A stretch of 64,000 nt of DNA from an uncultured Verrucomicrobiota bacterium (lineage in GTDB: Bacteria; Verrucomicrobiota; Kiritimatiellia; CAIKKV01; CAITUY01): positions 67,552 through 131,551 of the forward strand of contig CAZDUS010000002.1 in NCBI GenBank assembly GCA_964508705.1, given 5' to 3'. The translations under genes and the position numbers were made by a program. Shown here piece by piece: positions 28,596 to 36,648 of this stretch (positions are counted from its first letter, which is position 1; each line of letters starts with the position of its first letter). A model generated the notes under the pieces. It was not told the origin of the DNA. It saw only the letters and a list, made by a program, of their open reading frames with translations, and did not search any database.

Positions 28596-29666
28596 ATGGA
28601 CACATTGAATATTGCACCGGTTTCTGACGGAGAGCGACTCATCACGGGATGGGAGTTTTTGCGGAGTGATCTGGGCGGGATCTGGGAAGCGGTTCGATTG
28701 GTTAAAAAAGGTAATCCCGAGAGTGTTCCGCCGTGGGCACCTGTTACCCTGCCGCATTGTTTCAATGCCACGGACGCTGTTGATCCCGATGTAAGCTATT
28801 ATCAGGGGCCGGGATGGTATCGGACGTATTTAGCGATCAATCAGCCCCATTCCGATGGGCGTGTGGTTTTGCATTTTGAGGGGGCCGGCCAGAAAACACG
28901 CGTGTTTGTATACACCACTGAGGTGGCGCAGCACGTTGGTGGATACGATGAATTCACTGTGGATATCACGAAAGAGGTCAATGAGTTCTTAATGACGGAT
29001 GTTTGCCGGGAGCAGTTTCATTGCCGTGTGCCGGTGATCATCCGATGCGATAATTCACGCGATTTGGAGACTATTCCATCGGATCTGTCGGATTTCAATT
29101 TGTATGGCGGGTTGTATCGATACGTGAATTTGTTGTATCTGCCGCCAGTGTATATCGACCGCGTAACCGTTCAGGCGTCAGCAGGGGCGGTGGGGGGTAG
29201 AGGTGCCTGCGTGATATCGGCGTCGATCAAGAATCATGCCGGGCACGCTTCGGCTGAGGCTGAGATACGTATTTTGGATATGGCGGGTGCCGTTATTGCA
29301 AAGAAGAAGGCAACGTTTCCGGCGGTTTCCGGCAGACATGAACTTTGCAGCATTGAAGTGGACAAGCCGAATCTCTGGTCGCCCGATAAGCCCTATTTGT
29401 ATACTTGCCGTGTGACGGTTAGTTTTCCGTCAGGCAGACATGAAGTGAGTGAACGCTTTGGCTTCCGATCCTTTGAATTCGTGAATAACGGTCCTTTTCT
29501 TTTGAATGGGAAACGGTTGTTGTTGAGAGGGACCCATCGGCATGAGGATCACGCAGGTGTTGGGGCGGCGATGACCGAGGAGATGATTATTGCCGAGATG
29601 ACCCTGATGAAGGAGATGGGGGTTAACTTTATTCGTCTGGCCGTAGCAGATTCCGCTCATCGTTAA
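28596..29666 (+). pseudogene. Glycoside hydrolase family 2 (beta-galactosidase/glucuronidase-like), N-terminal fragment truncated at the start of the TIM barrel
   Basis: Sugar-binding and Ig-like domains are present (WYRT, LWSPDKPYLY, NGKRLLLRGTHRHEDH, MKEMGVNFIRLA). Similarity stops where the conserved HYP of GH2 should follow, and the ORF ends 7 codons later. Confidence 0.8.
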
Positions 29667-30192
29667 GCAATGTTCCGCCATGAGCTTGCCAGAGCCTGGC
29701 GATCGTGGTTTTGCCTGCGCCAGACATCCCGGAAAACAGGATGACCTTGCCATCAACCAGCACGGCGCTGGAATGGACCATGATGGACTCCAGATGGCAG
29801 AAGCGGCCGAGAATGATGGCGCGGTCCTGCGGGTGATACAGGGGGCGAATGAATGGCGCGTCCGGTGCGGGCTGGGGTACAAACAAGTCGCCATGGCTGT
29901 AGTCGCTTGCGATGTGGGCGGCCCTCAACCAACGGGAGGCATGGATGTCGTTGACTTCGATGTCGATGAAATCGCCAGACTCGCGTGTGCGCCAGATTCC
30001 GTTATCCCAGAGAATGCGGCCATCTTCCGGGAGCAAGTTGCCGGGTCTGGCGGTGTAGGTTGCGGCGGGCTGGCCTGCTTTATTGGCGTTGAGGAATAGT
30101 GAGTAATTATCGGGGGGCCGGAGCGGGGGAAGCGTTGAGGAGCCAATAACGCGGAAGTGAGTTTCCGCAAGGGAGAAATCAAGCGTAGTCAC
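29629..30192 (-). pseudogene. HPr-kinase-like P-loop protein, C-terminally truncated
   Basis: 187 aa from a GTG start. The P-loop GMSGAGKTT and LLNDE resemble the HprK-type nucleotide-binding core. The ORF ends 13 aa after LLND, at the junction with the GH2 fragment, so roughly the last third of such proteins appears to be missing. Confidence 0.6.
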
Positions 30193-30199
30193 TGTTTAA

Positions 30200-30378
30200 T
30201 CAGGAAGGGTCAAAGCCAGCGTTGGGTGTCTGCTCCGGAGACTGGGAACAGCAATCGCTGGTCGGGTTGCCTGTCAGGTTTCCGGATTTCGCGCAAGTGT
30301 CGAATGTAACCAGATTCTTGTCTTCAAACCGAACCTCGGTGATGACTGGCGAGACATAAGTTTTTTCGGTTCGCTCAT
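30200..30378 (-). CDS. Candidate RiPP precursor peptide requiring a -1 shift at an A6 run (conceptual 59 aa: MSEPKK|TYVSPVITEVRFEDKNLVTFDTCAKSGNLTGNPTSDCCSQSPEQTPNAGFDPS)
   Basis: ATG at 30378 has a GGAG Shine-Dalgarno 7 nt upstream. The zero frame stops after 34 codons at 30274. The -1 frame is open from the A6 run (30361-30366) to TGA at 30200-30202, 7 nt before the kinase GTG. It has 3 Cys and ends in Ser. Confidence 0.5.
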
Positions 30379-30442
30379 GGTTATTCTCCGCTGATGAGCA
30401 GTTAAACTATCCAGTTAGGGGAGGCGACTCAATCTTAATAAA

Positions 30443-31489
30443 TCAGGGTATTTGTTCGGATTTTGTCAGTTGGCAAAAGAACGAAGGGGCCCCATCCGCC
30501 CGGCCTGTTTCCAGAATGGAGAATGCCGGACAGCAAGCGCACTGACTCCTGTGTTCGCAAGCATCGCAAAGGCCGCCGGGTGCTGGTCGGTTGCGAAGCG
30601 CTGTGAGATGCGCTTTCAACGCTGTCATTGGCGGGCGCGTGGTCAGGTCAAATGGATCCTGGCGCCATGACAGGCAGGGGTGTGCCTGATGTTGGGCGTC
30701 CACATGAACGGTCATGATGCCGGCGCCGCACTCGAACAAGGCGCGCCGTTTGGTGGCCGGGGGTTGAGCAGGCGCTGGTTGTCGTTCGCGATCCCGCCGC
30801 CTGAGTTTGGCGATATCAACGGGGGAAAGTCTTTCGTTCAAGGGGGAAGAGTCGCCGGCGAGGCAGGGGTGGATGATGGCGTCGTACCGGAATCCGCAAC
30901 CCAGGCTGAGCGCCCAGTCGCGCATGGCATCCAATTCATGGGCGTTGGAGTGCATGATCATGGATTTGAGGCGGACAAGGATACCGCGCTTGAGTAGACC
31001 ATCCACGCCTTGACGGAAGCGGCGGTAGGAGCCGGGGGCCCCGGTGACGGCCTCGTAGGTTTGTTCACTGTGCCCGTAGATGGTTAATTCGACGCGGCGG
31101 GGTGGGGCATCCGCCAGGAAGTCCATGAGTGAATCGTCGAGGAGGGTCCCATTGGTAAACAGGGTGAGGAAGAATCCGCATTGCTTGGCTTTGCGATAGA
31201 TGGCCCTGAAATCAGGGCGGGTGAGAGGCTCGCCGCCAGTAAAGACCAGAAAGAGGACCCCCCAGTCCCGCAGGGTTTCAAGCAAGGTTTCCACCTCATG
31301 GGTAGATTTGTCAGGCAGAACGGAGCCGTTGTAGCGGAGGTAGCAATGTTTGCAGGCGATATTGCAGGCGGAGGTCAGTTCAAGGGATGCCACGAAGGGA
31401 AAAGAGGATGCGTGCCAGTCGGAAGCGTGAAGGTCTTCGGCAAATGTGCCTGAGGTGATCTGCTCGATTAGGCAGTCTGTTCCCGTCAT
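30443..31489 (-). CDS. Radical SAM enzyme with C-terminal SPASM/twitch-type Cys cluster (peptide maturase-like)
   Basis: CNIACKHC (CxxxCxxC) lies near residue 42. The C-terminal pattern is CGAG...HPC...CDACEHRSQCACCPA. The start is 3 nt after the PqqD-like stop. Confidence 0.85.
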   Translation of the reverse strand: MTGTDCLIEQITSGTFAEDLHASDWHASSFPFVASLELTSACNIACKHCYLRYNGSVLPDKSTHEVETLLETLRDWGVLFLVFTGGEPLTRPDFRAIYRKAKQCGFFLTLFTNGTLLDDSLMDFLADAPPRRVELTIYGHSEQTYEAVTGAPGSYRRFRQGVDGLLKRGILVRLKSMIMHSNAHELDAMRDWALSLGCGFRYDAIIHPCLAGDSSPLNERLSPVDIAKLRRRDRERQPAPAQPPATKRRALFECGAGIMTVHVDAQHQAHPCLSWRQDPFDLTTRPPMTALKAHLTALRNRPAPGGLCDACEHRSQCACCPAFSILETGRADGAPSFFCQLTKSEQIP

Positions 31490-31492
31490 CGG

Positions 31493-31783
31493 TTACTCCT
31501 GGTGGGAAGGGTTCAAGGCGCCGATGTTGGACATGGCGTCCAGGAATTGTCGCACATCAGCTTTGGCGGCGGACTCCGTCACGGCGTATTCTGAGGTCAG
31601 GCTCTTGATTAGGGAGTTTTCTGTCTGAGCGGTGTGCAATTGACGCCAGAGGAAAGCGGCTGTTTCGTTCAGGGTGTAGAGGGCGTCCAAGCGGGCGGGG
31701 CCGCTTTTCAGGGGGACGAGCATCAGCTTGTTACGGATAGTTCGTTCGACGACGTTTTCTGATTGGATGAAACGAGTACTCAT
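31493..31783 (-). CDS. PqqD-family peptide-binding (RRE) protein
   Basis: 96 aa. ...LVPL....LYTLNETAAFLWRQL......LIKSLTSEYAV....AKADVRQFLDAM matches the PqqD pattern. Only the last third of the listed 273-aa ORF is credible. Confidence 0.8.
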   Translation of the reverse strand: MSTRFIQSENVVERTIRNKLMLVPLKSGPARLDALYTLNETAAFLWRQLHTAQTENSLIKSLTSEYAVTESAAKADVRQFLDAMSNIGALNPSHQE

Positions 31784-31793
31784 GTGGGGGTGG

Positions 31794-31822
31794 ATTATAG
31801 TGTGGCGATGGGGTAGCAACAA
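31794..31822 (-). promoter_or_regulatory. Candidate sigma70-type promoter of the PqqD-rSAM cassette
   Basis: The minus strand reads TTGTTG-17 nt-TATAAT, with the -10 box ending 10 nt before the PqqD ATG. This implies a very short or absent 5' UTR. Confidence 0.35.
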
Positions 31823-31937
31823 GCCATCATTGGGATTCCATAGGGCGAGAGATTGGGGAGAGTACTTCGGTATTGATTGCTGGATGAGTTCAGGGTAATG
31901 CTTACGCGGTTTTGTTGAACCATCAGGGGAGAGTAAA

Positions 31938-33161
31938 ATGGATTTCCAGAAGTTGTTTGCGGAGCGGATAGGCGGAGTTACGTTCGGCACGAAGAACGAG
32001 ATATACAAGTTTGAAAAGATCAAGAGAGCCAAGGCGGCGGCACGCGCGGCCCGGCCAACGGTGGAGTTGCTGGATTTCGGAGTTGGGGAACCCGACCAGA
32101 TGGCGCCAGCACCGATCAGGAAGGCGCTTAAGAAGGCTGTAGATGATCCGGCAAACCGAGGGTATGCCGACAATGGCATCCGGGAGTTCAAGGTAGCGGC
32201 GGCGGAATACATGGCCAAGTTTTTCGGGGTGACAGGTCTTGACCCCGAGACGGAGATCACGCACAGCATTGGATCGAAGCCGGCGTTGGCCATGTTGCCG
32301 CTTTGTTTCATCAATCCCGGCGATGTGGCATTGGTGACGGTGCCGGGTTATCCGGTGCTGGCGACGCACACGCGATATCTGGGCGGGGAAGTGGTCAAGG
32401 TGCCGCTTCGCAAGGAGAATGGATTTTATCCGGCGCTCGACAAGCTGGACCCCGAGGTAGTGCGACGTGCGAAACTGCTCTATGTGAACTATCCGAACAA
32501 TCCCACGGGGGCGGCTCCTACGGAGGAATTGTTTGATGAGCTGATTGCGTTCGCGAAAAAGAACAACATCCTGATTGTGCAAGATGCGGCTTATGCGACA
32601 TTGGTTTACGGGCGTGAGCCGTTGTCCATTCTCAGTCGTCCGGGCGGGAAGGACGTGGCGATTGAACTGCATTCGATGAGCAAGAGCTACAACATGACAG
32701 GCTGGCGCCTGGGATTTGTGGCTGGGGCCCCACGCATTGTTCAGGCTTATGCCGAGGTGAAGGACAATATTGATTCCGGGCAATTCAAGGCGATTCAATT
32801 GGCGGCATGCGCAGGGATTGCCGACAAGGCGCTGTCCGACAAGATCAAGAAGCATTATGAGCGGCGGTTGCGCAAGATGGTCAAGGTTCTGAAGCGGGTG
32901 GGCTTCAAGGCGAAAATGCCGGGTGGGACCTTCTACCTTTACGTTCCGGCTCCGAAGGGTGCGGGAATGACAGTGTTCAACACGGCGGAAGATGCCTCGC
33001 AGTATCTAATCCGCGAGTGTTCTATCTCGACGGTTCCCTGGGATGATGTCGGGACGTTCCTGCGCTTCTCAGCGACGTTTGAAAGCGCTGGGAAGGCTGA
33101 TGACGACAGGGTTATTGCCGAGTTGGAAGAGCGCTTGCTGAAGGCTGACCTGAGGTTTTAA
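31938..33161 (+). CDS. dapL: LL-diaminopimelate aminotransferase-like class I PLP aminotransferase
   Basis: 407 aa with YKFEKIKRAK...LDFGVGEPD, NYPNNPTG and SMSKSYNMTGWRLGF motifs typical of the DapL family. Confidence 0.7.
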   Translation: MDFQKLFAERIGGVTFGTKNEIYKFEKIKRAKAAARAARPTVELLDFGVGEPDQMAPAPIRKALKKAVDDPANRGYADNGIREFKVAAAEYMAKFFGVTGLDPETEITHSIGSKPALAMLPLCFINPGDVALVTVPGYPVLATHTRYLGGEVVKVPLRKENGFYPALDKLDPEVVRRAKLLYVNYPNNPTGAAPTEELFDELIAFAKKNNILIVQDAAYATLVYGREPLSILSRPGGKDVAIELHSMSKSYNMTGWRLGFVAGAPRIVQAYAEVKDNIDSGQFKAIQLAACAGIADKALSDKIKKHYERRLRKMVKVLKRVGFKAKMPGGTFYLYVPAPKGAGMTVFNTAEDASQYLIRECSISTVPWDDVGTFLRFSATFESAGKADDDRVIAELEERLLKADLRF

Positions 33162-33176
33162 CGGTTAAGAGTTAAT

Positions 33177-33219
33177 GGCGCCGGCACCACGCAGTGCGTG
33201 TGTGTGCGGCGCCTTTTTT
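33177..33219 (+). terminator. Rho-independent terminator after dapL
   Basis: GGCGCCGGCAC ... GTGCGGCGCC stem followed by TTTTTTGTTT. Confidence 0.75.
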
Positions 33220-33277
33220 GTTTGGGTGGAGGAGGGAAACTTCACCACTGATGGAAGGAATCGGAGTCCTGTTCAGA

Positions 33278-34180
33278 TCAGGCCTCGAGCTGGCGGGCGA
33301 TGCGAGCCGCGTCCTTTTCGGTTTTGACCGGCCGGGTGTTCTTCAGGAGTTTCCAAGTCTCGATGTGCTTGACGGACTTTCCCGGGGCGAGGGAGATCAG
33401 GGGGCCGAGGGATTCCATCTCCAGCATGCTTTCATTGGAGAACGTCTCGAAATTCACGCCGCCATCGGGGTAAGTGGCACCTTCGATAAAGGCGAATGAC
33501 TTAGCCAGCAGGAAGCCATCGAGCTGGTAAGCCACCCAGCCTTCACGGTGGGCGATGCCCAGCTTGGCCGGTCCGTGCTTGCGGCTTTGTCGAAAGAACA
33601 CATAACGGGACCCGATTGTCCATCGTCCGTCGGCGAGGTCCGTGTAACTCCAGATACTCCATGACTGGTTATGGAGGAGGTTGGTGGTGTGTGAACCTTT
33701 TTCCGGCAGGGGAATAATGCAGAGCCCGTCCGGGGACATGACGGTCAATGACCAGGGGGCCAGCGTGCGGGGTTTGCGTCCGCGATTGACAAGCTGATGT
33801 GTGATGGTGATTTCGTTGTCGGTGTCCGACATGCGGATATCCATGATCTTCTAGATGCAGGTGAGTGGGCCGGGTTCCTGGAGGGTACGGATCCCGCCCG
33901 GGATTTTACGATGCACCAAGGGGGCATTATCGAGTTCGTATGTGTCGGGTTGACATTCCGGTGCGATCCACAGGCGGTGTCCGCCACGGATCATCCATTC
34001 CTTTTCATGGGTGCCACCCATTTGCTCCGGGAATTCGGCCAGGAGGTTGCGTTTGTTGATGAAACCGCAATGGATAATGCGCGGGCCGACGTCCTTGGTG
34101 ACGATCAGGTCAATGGAGCCATTGGACAGCCGGATGTTGCTATTCCAGCCTTTGTGGGGGACGGATTCGATCCTTGGCAT
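33278..34180 (-). pseudogene. DUF4380/galactose-mutarotase-like protein interrupted by one in-frame TAG
   Basis: The ORFs 33851-34180 and 33278-33844 are in the same frame, separated by TAG (33851-33853) plus two codons. Read together they make one protein of about 299 aa (GPRI, GGHRLWIAPE, APWSLTV, LEMESLGPL). Confidence 0.65.
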
Positions 34181-34249
34181 GGGGGCACCGTTTATTGCTT
34201 AGCGTTTCAGCGAAAACGCCAGCCTTTGCATTACGCTACAAGCGAAGGT

Positions 34250-34324
<75 letters not shown>

Positions 34325-34350
34325 GTGAAAAAACGGCACAAACACTATTG

Positions 34351-34379
34351 AAAAAAAAAGCGGGTGTCAACAAGCCCGC
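34351..34379 (-). terminator. Rho-independent terminator of the 34388-34999 gene
   Basis: The minus strand reads GCGGGCTTGTTGACACCCGC followed by T9. Confidence 0.85.
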
Positions 34380-34387
34380 GAGCGTGA

Positions 34388-34999
34388 TTAACGAATCTTT
34401 ATGCCAAACCCGATGAAGGATGAGGTGATGTAAGTTCCTTCCACGAATATTCCCCATGAAGGCGTGAAGTTGTAGAGCAGACCGAGGCTCACTAGAGGGT
34501 TAAGTTCCAGGGTGGTGGTCGTGATGGCGGCGAGGGTTTCCTCGGATTGTGACAAGTCACAGCCGAACGCGCTGTAGATGAACAGGTCGTTCACAAGGGT
34601 TTCGTCACTGGTGACCAGCGCGAGGGTGCCGCCCATGATGTCGACGGAGTCGGTGTTCGCGTAGTAGAAACTGGTGCGGAGAGCCAGATCAGCAAAGGAA
34701 GCTGGGGGGAGGCAGAACGTTGCGCCGAGGGATCCGGCAAAGTCAGTTCCTTTTTCATCGAAGTCGGCGGCGCCCAGATCCAGGAATGCCCTGATGCCTT
34801 CGAGGAAACTGTAGGTCTGGCGCAATCCGTAATAGGAGACGTCCTTACTCACTGCGGCACCGGGCATGAATTCCAACTGGCCTGCGTCGCGGTATTCCGC
34901 AGTGTCGGCGACCGGGAGGCCGATTAATTCGGCGCGCAGTGTGGTGGTGCAAATAACAAGAGTTGAAAGCAGGAGTAGTGAGATTCGAAGATGTTTCAT
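34388..34999 (-). CDS. Putative outer-membrane beta-barrel protein
   Basis: MKHLRISLLLLSTLVICTTTLRA signal peptide, then alternating hydrophobic beta-strand-like segments. Length is about 203 aa. Confidence 0.5.
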   Translation of the reverse strand: MKHLRISLLLLSTLVICTTTLRAELIGLPVADTAEYRDAGQLEFMPGAAVSKDVSYYGLRQTYSFLEGIRAFLDLGAADFDEKGTDFAGSLGATFCLPPASFADLALRTSFYYANTDSVDIMGGTLALVTSDETLVNDLFIYSAFGCDLSQSEETLAAITTTTLELNPLVSLGLLYNFTPSWGIFVEGTYITSSFIGFGIKIR

Positions 35000-35180
35000 T
35001 GTGATGCCCAAATATTTTTTTCCGTGAACTTAAAGACGGCGCGCATAGTGCGAAATGTTTGCGATATGGTCAAGGCGAAGCGGTTGGTTGTCTGGGCGAG
35101 GTCGGGTACACGGGTCGCCTGCCGCGCCAGCGGAAGGCGGTACAGTGCGCCCGCTGTTGTCTAAGTGTTGTCTCGTCCGG

Positions 35181-35340
35181 CTGTAGATTGACACTTTTCC
35201 AAAGGGAGGGAAGAGTGATGAGGACGGTGGTGAGGTATAGTGAGGCGTTTAAGATGGAGGTGATGAGGGGGCTTGAGACGGGGAGGCGGGAGAGTATAGG
35301 GGCGGCGAGGCGAGCGTATGGGATCCGAGGGTCGATAACC
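35181..35340 (+). mobile_element. IS3-family insertion sequence remnant (left end, promoter/RBS and first ~41 codons of the HTH transposase OrfA)
   Basis: TGTAGATTGACAC... begins with TG, as IS3 ends do. AAAGGGAGGG Shine-Dalgarno is followed by MRTVVRYSEAFKMEVMRGLETGRRESIGAARRAYGIRGS, which matches the IS3 OrfA helix-turn-helix. Similarity ends abruptly and the frame runs into beta-helix repeats. Confidence 0.55.
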
Positions 35341-36468
35341 GCGAATCCTACGGACACTGTTGTGCGGGGCAATGCCGCCTATAATCTGGCTTCCAACAGT
35401 GTGTTTATCGTCAACACCAATTGCACAATTCTCAACCTGACGATTCGACACGGCAAGGCCACGTACGGTGGCGGGATATCATGTTCCGCCTTGGCCACCA
35501 ATATTGTGGTTTCCAACAATGCTTATCTGACCATTATGGGCAATACGGCGAATGCGGCGGATACGATTGTGCAGGCGAGTAATGATTACAACATCGCTTC
35601 CACACGTGTGTTTGATGTGAGAACCAACTGTGTGATCAGGAACATGACGGTTCACTATGGAAGATTGACAAGCTCCGCTTCGGGCGCAGGTATTCTTGCA
35701 AGTGGTATGACGGTTGTTTCCAATTGTATTGTGACTCGTAATGTGTATTCGGGTACTGGAAGTGGAGGAGATATTTATTCCTCAAATTCCATAATGATCT
35801 TTGATTCTTTGATTTCGAGAAATGTTGACTCAGGCAAGAGAGGCGAGATTGGTTCGCAGTGTAATGGAGTCAGCATTGTTGTCTGCAATTCAATGATCAT
35901 GGGCAATGCCTCTACAACTCATCTGGCGGTGGGGTGTATGGTGTGATACCGCATCGTCTTCGATGTATATGACGAATTGTACGGTTGCCTACAATAATAG
36001 CGCGGCAAATGGCGGCGGGGTCTATTGCTATGCGATAACTGCGCCTGGCACGGTGCGAATTGTAAACAGCACCATCTATAGCAACAAAGCCACTAATGCG
36101 AATTATGGTGGTGGTGGGATTTACACTAGTGCAGATGGAACATCCTGCGTGTGGAATTGCACCGTTTATGGAAATGAGATGATAGGTGCTGGTAAAGGCG
36201 GAGGTTTGTATAATGGGTCGCTCGACTTGTACTGACGAGCACGATTATTCCGGGTAATACCGTGACAAACTCCACTGATTTCTATTCAACGGGTAGTAGT
36301 CCTGTGATTGAGAAATACAACCCATCAATGCAGGAACCAATTCACTGGGATTGATGTTTGACCAGCTAGGGCTTGGTTATAAGCGTGTGATAGAACCGAA
36401 GGTGGATATCGGGGCGTTTGAGTTCGGGGCAAGCGCTTCATATGGATCGTTGCTGATATTGCACTGAT
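35341..36468 (+). pseudogene. Right-handed beta-helix repeat (adhesin/choice-of-anchor-like) protein, 5'-truncated with multiple frameshifts
   Basis: Repeated N.(T/S)(I/V).N(C/S).(I/F).GN and GGG(I/V)Y units are spread over three frames (35341-35946, 35906-36235, 36233-36350, 36354-36468). The terminal VDIGAFEF motif sits in yet another frame. Confidence 0.65.
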
Positions 36469-36648
36469 CGCGTGCAGAGATTCTTAGGGGTGTAGGGCAG
36501 ATTTTTTGTCCGGGTTAAAATGACCCGCCCATAACCCCTCCAAGAAGGGGAACTTCTTTCGTCTTGGTTATTTTCACGACAGCGGTTTGCGGCTGGATTG
36601 CATTTTGGGAGGGGGGTGATGTCTTACTCCTGCGATGCATGGTGGTGG

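Noticed and set aside
30274-30378. The zero-frame 34-aa peptide MSEPKKLMSRQSSPRFGLKTRIWLHSTLARNPET as the genuine product (Lys/Trp could suggest a streptide-like crosslink)
   Set aside because: This is not excluded but is less likely. It leaves an 82-nt gap before the next gene, lacks Cys, and has Arg/Ser-rich out-of-frame-like composition. The -1 frame shows leader/core organisation and tight coupling to the kinase start.
31795-31830. Micro-ORF MMACCYPIATL upstream of the PqqD-like gene, considered as an alternative Cys-containing precursor
   Set aside because: It is only 11 codons with no Shine-Dalgarno. It overlaps the candidate -35/-10 promoter hexamers. The downstream peptide ORF is a far better candidate.
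31784-32314. The N-terminal two thirds of the listed 273-aa minus-strand ORF (31493-32314)
   Set aside because: Only the last 96 aa (from ATG 31783) match the PqqD pattern. The upstream part is low-complexity, lies antisense to the well-supported dapL gene, and contains the putative promoter.
35059-35217. The first 53 codons of the listed ORF 35059-35946
   Set aside because: This upstream part has no family similarity and precedes the IS-type promoter and RBS. The credible translation start is ATG 35218, and even that product is a chimera of an IS stub and a pseudogene.
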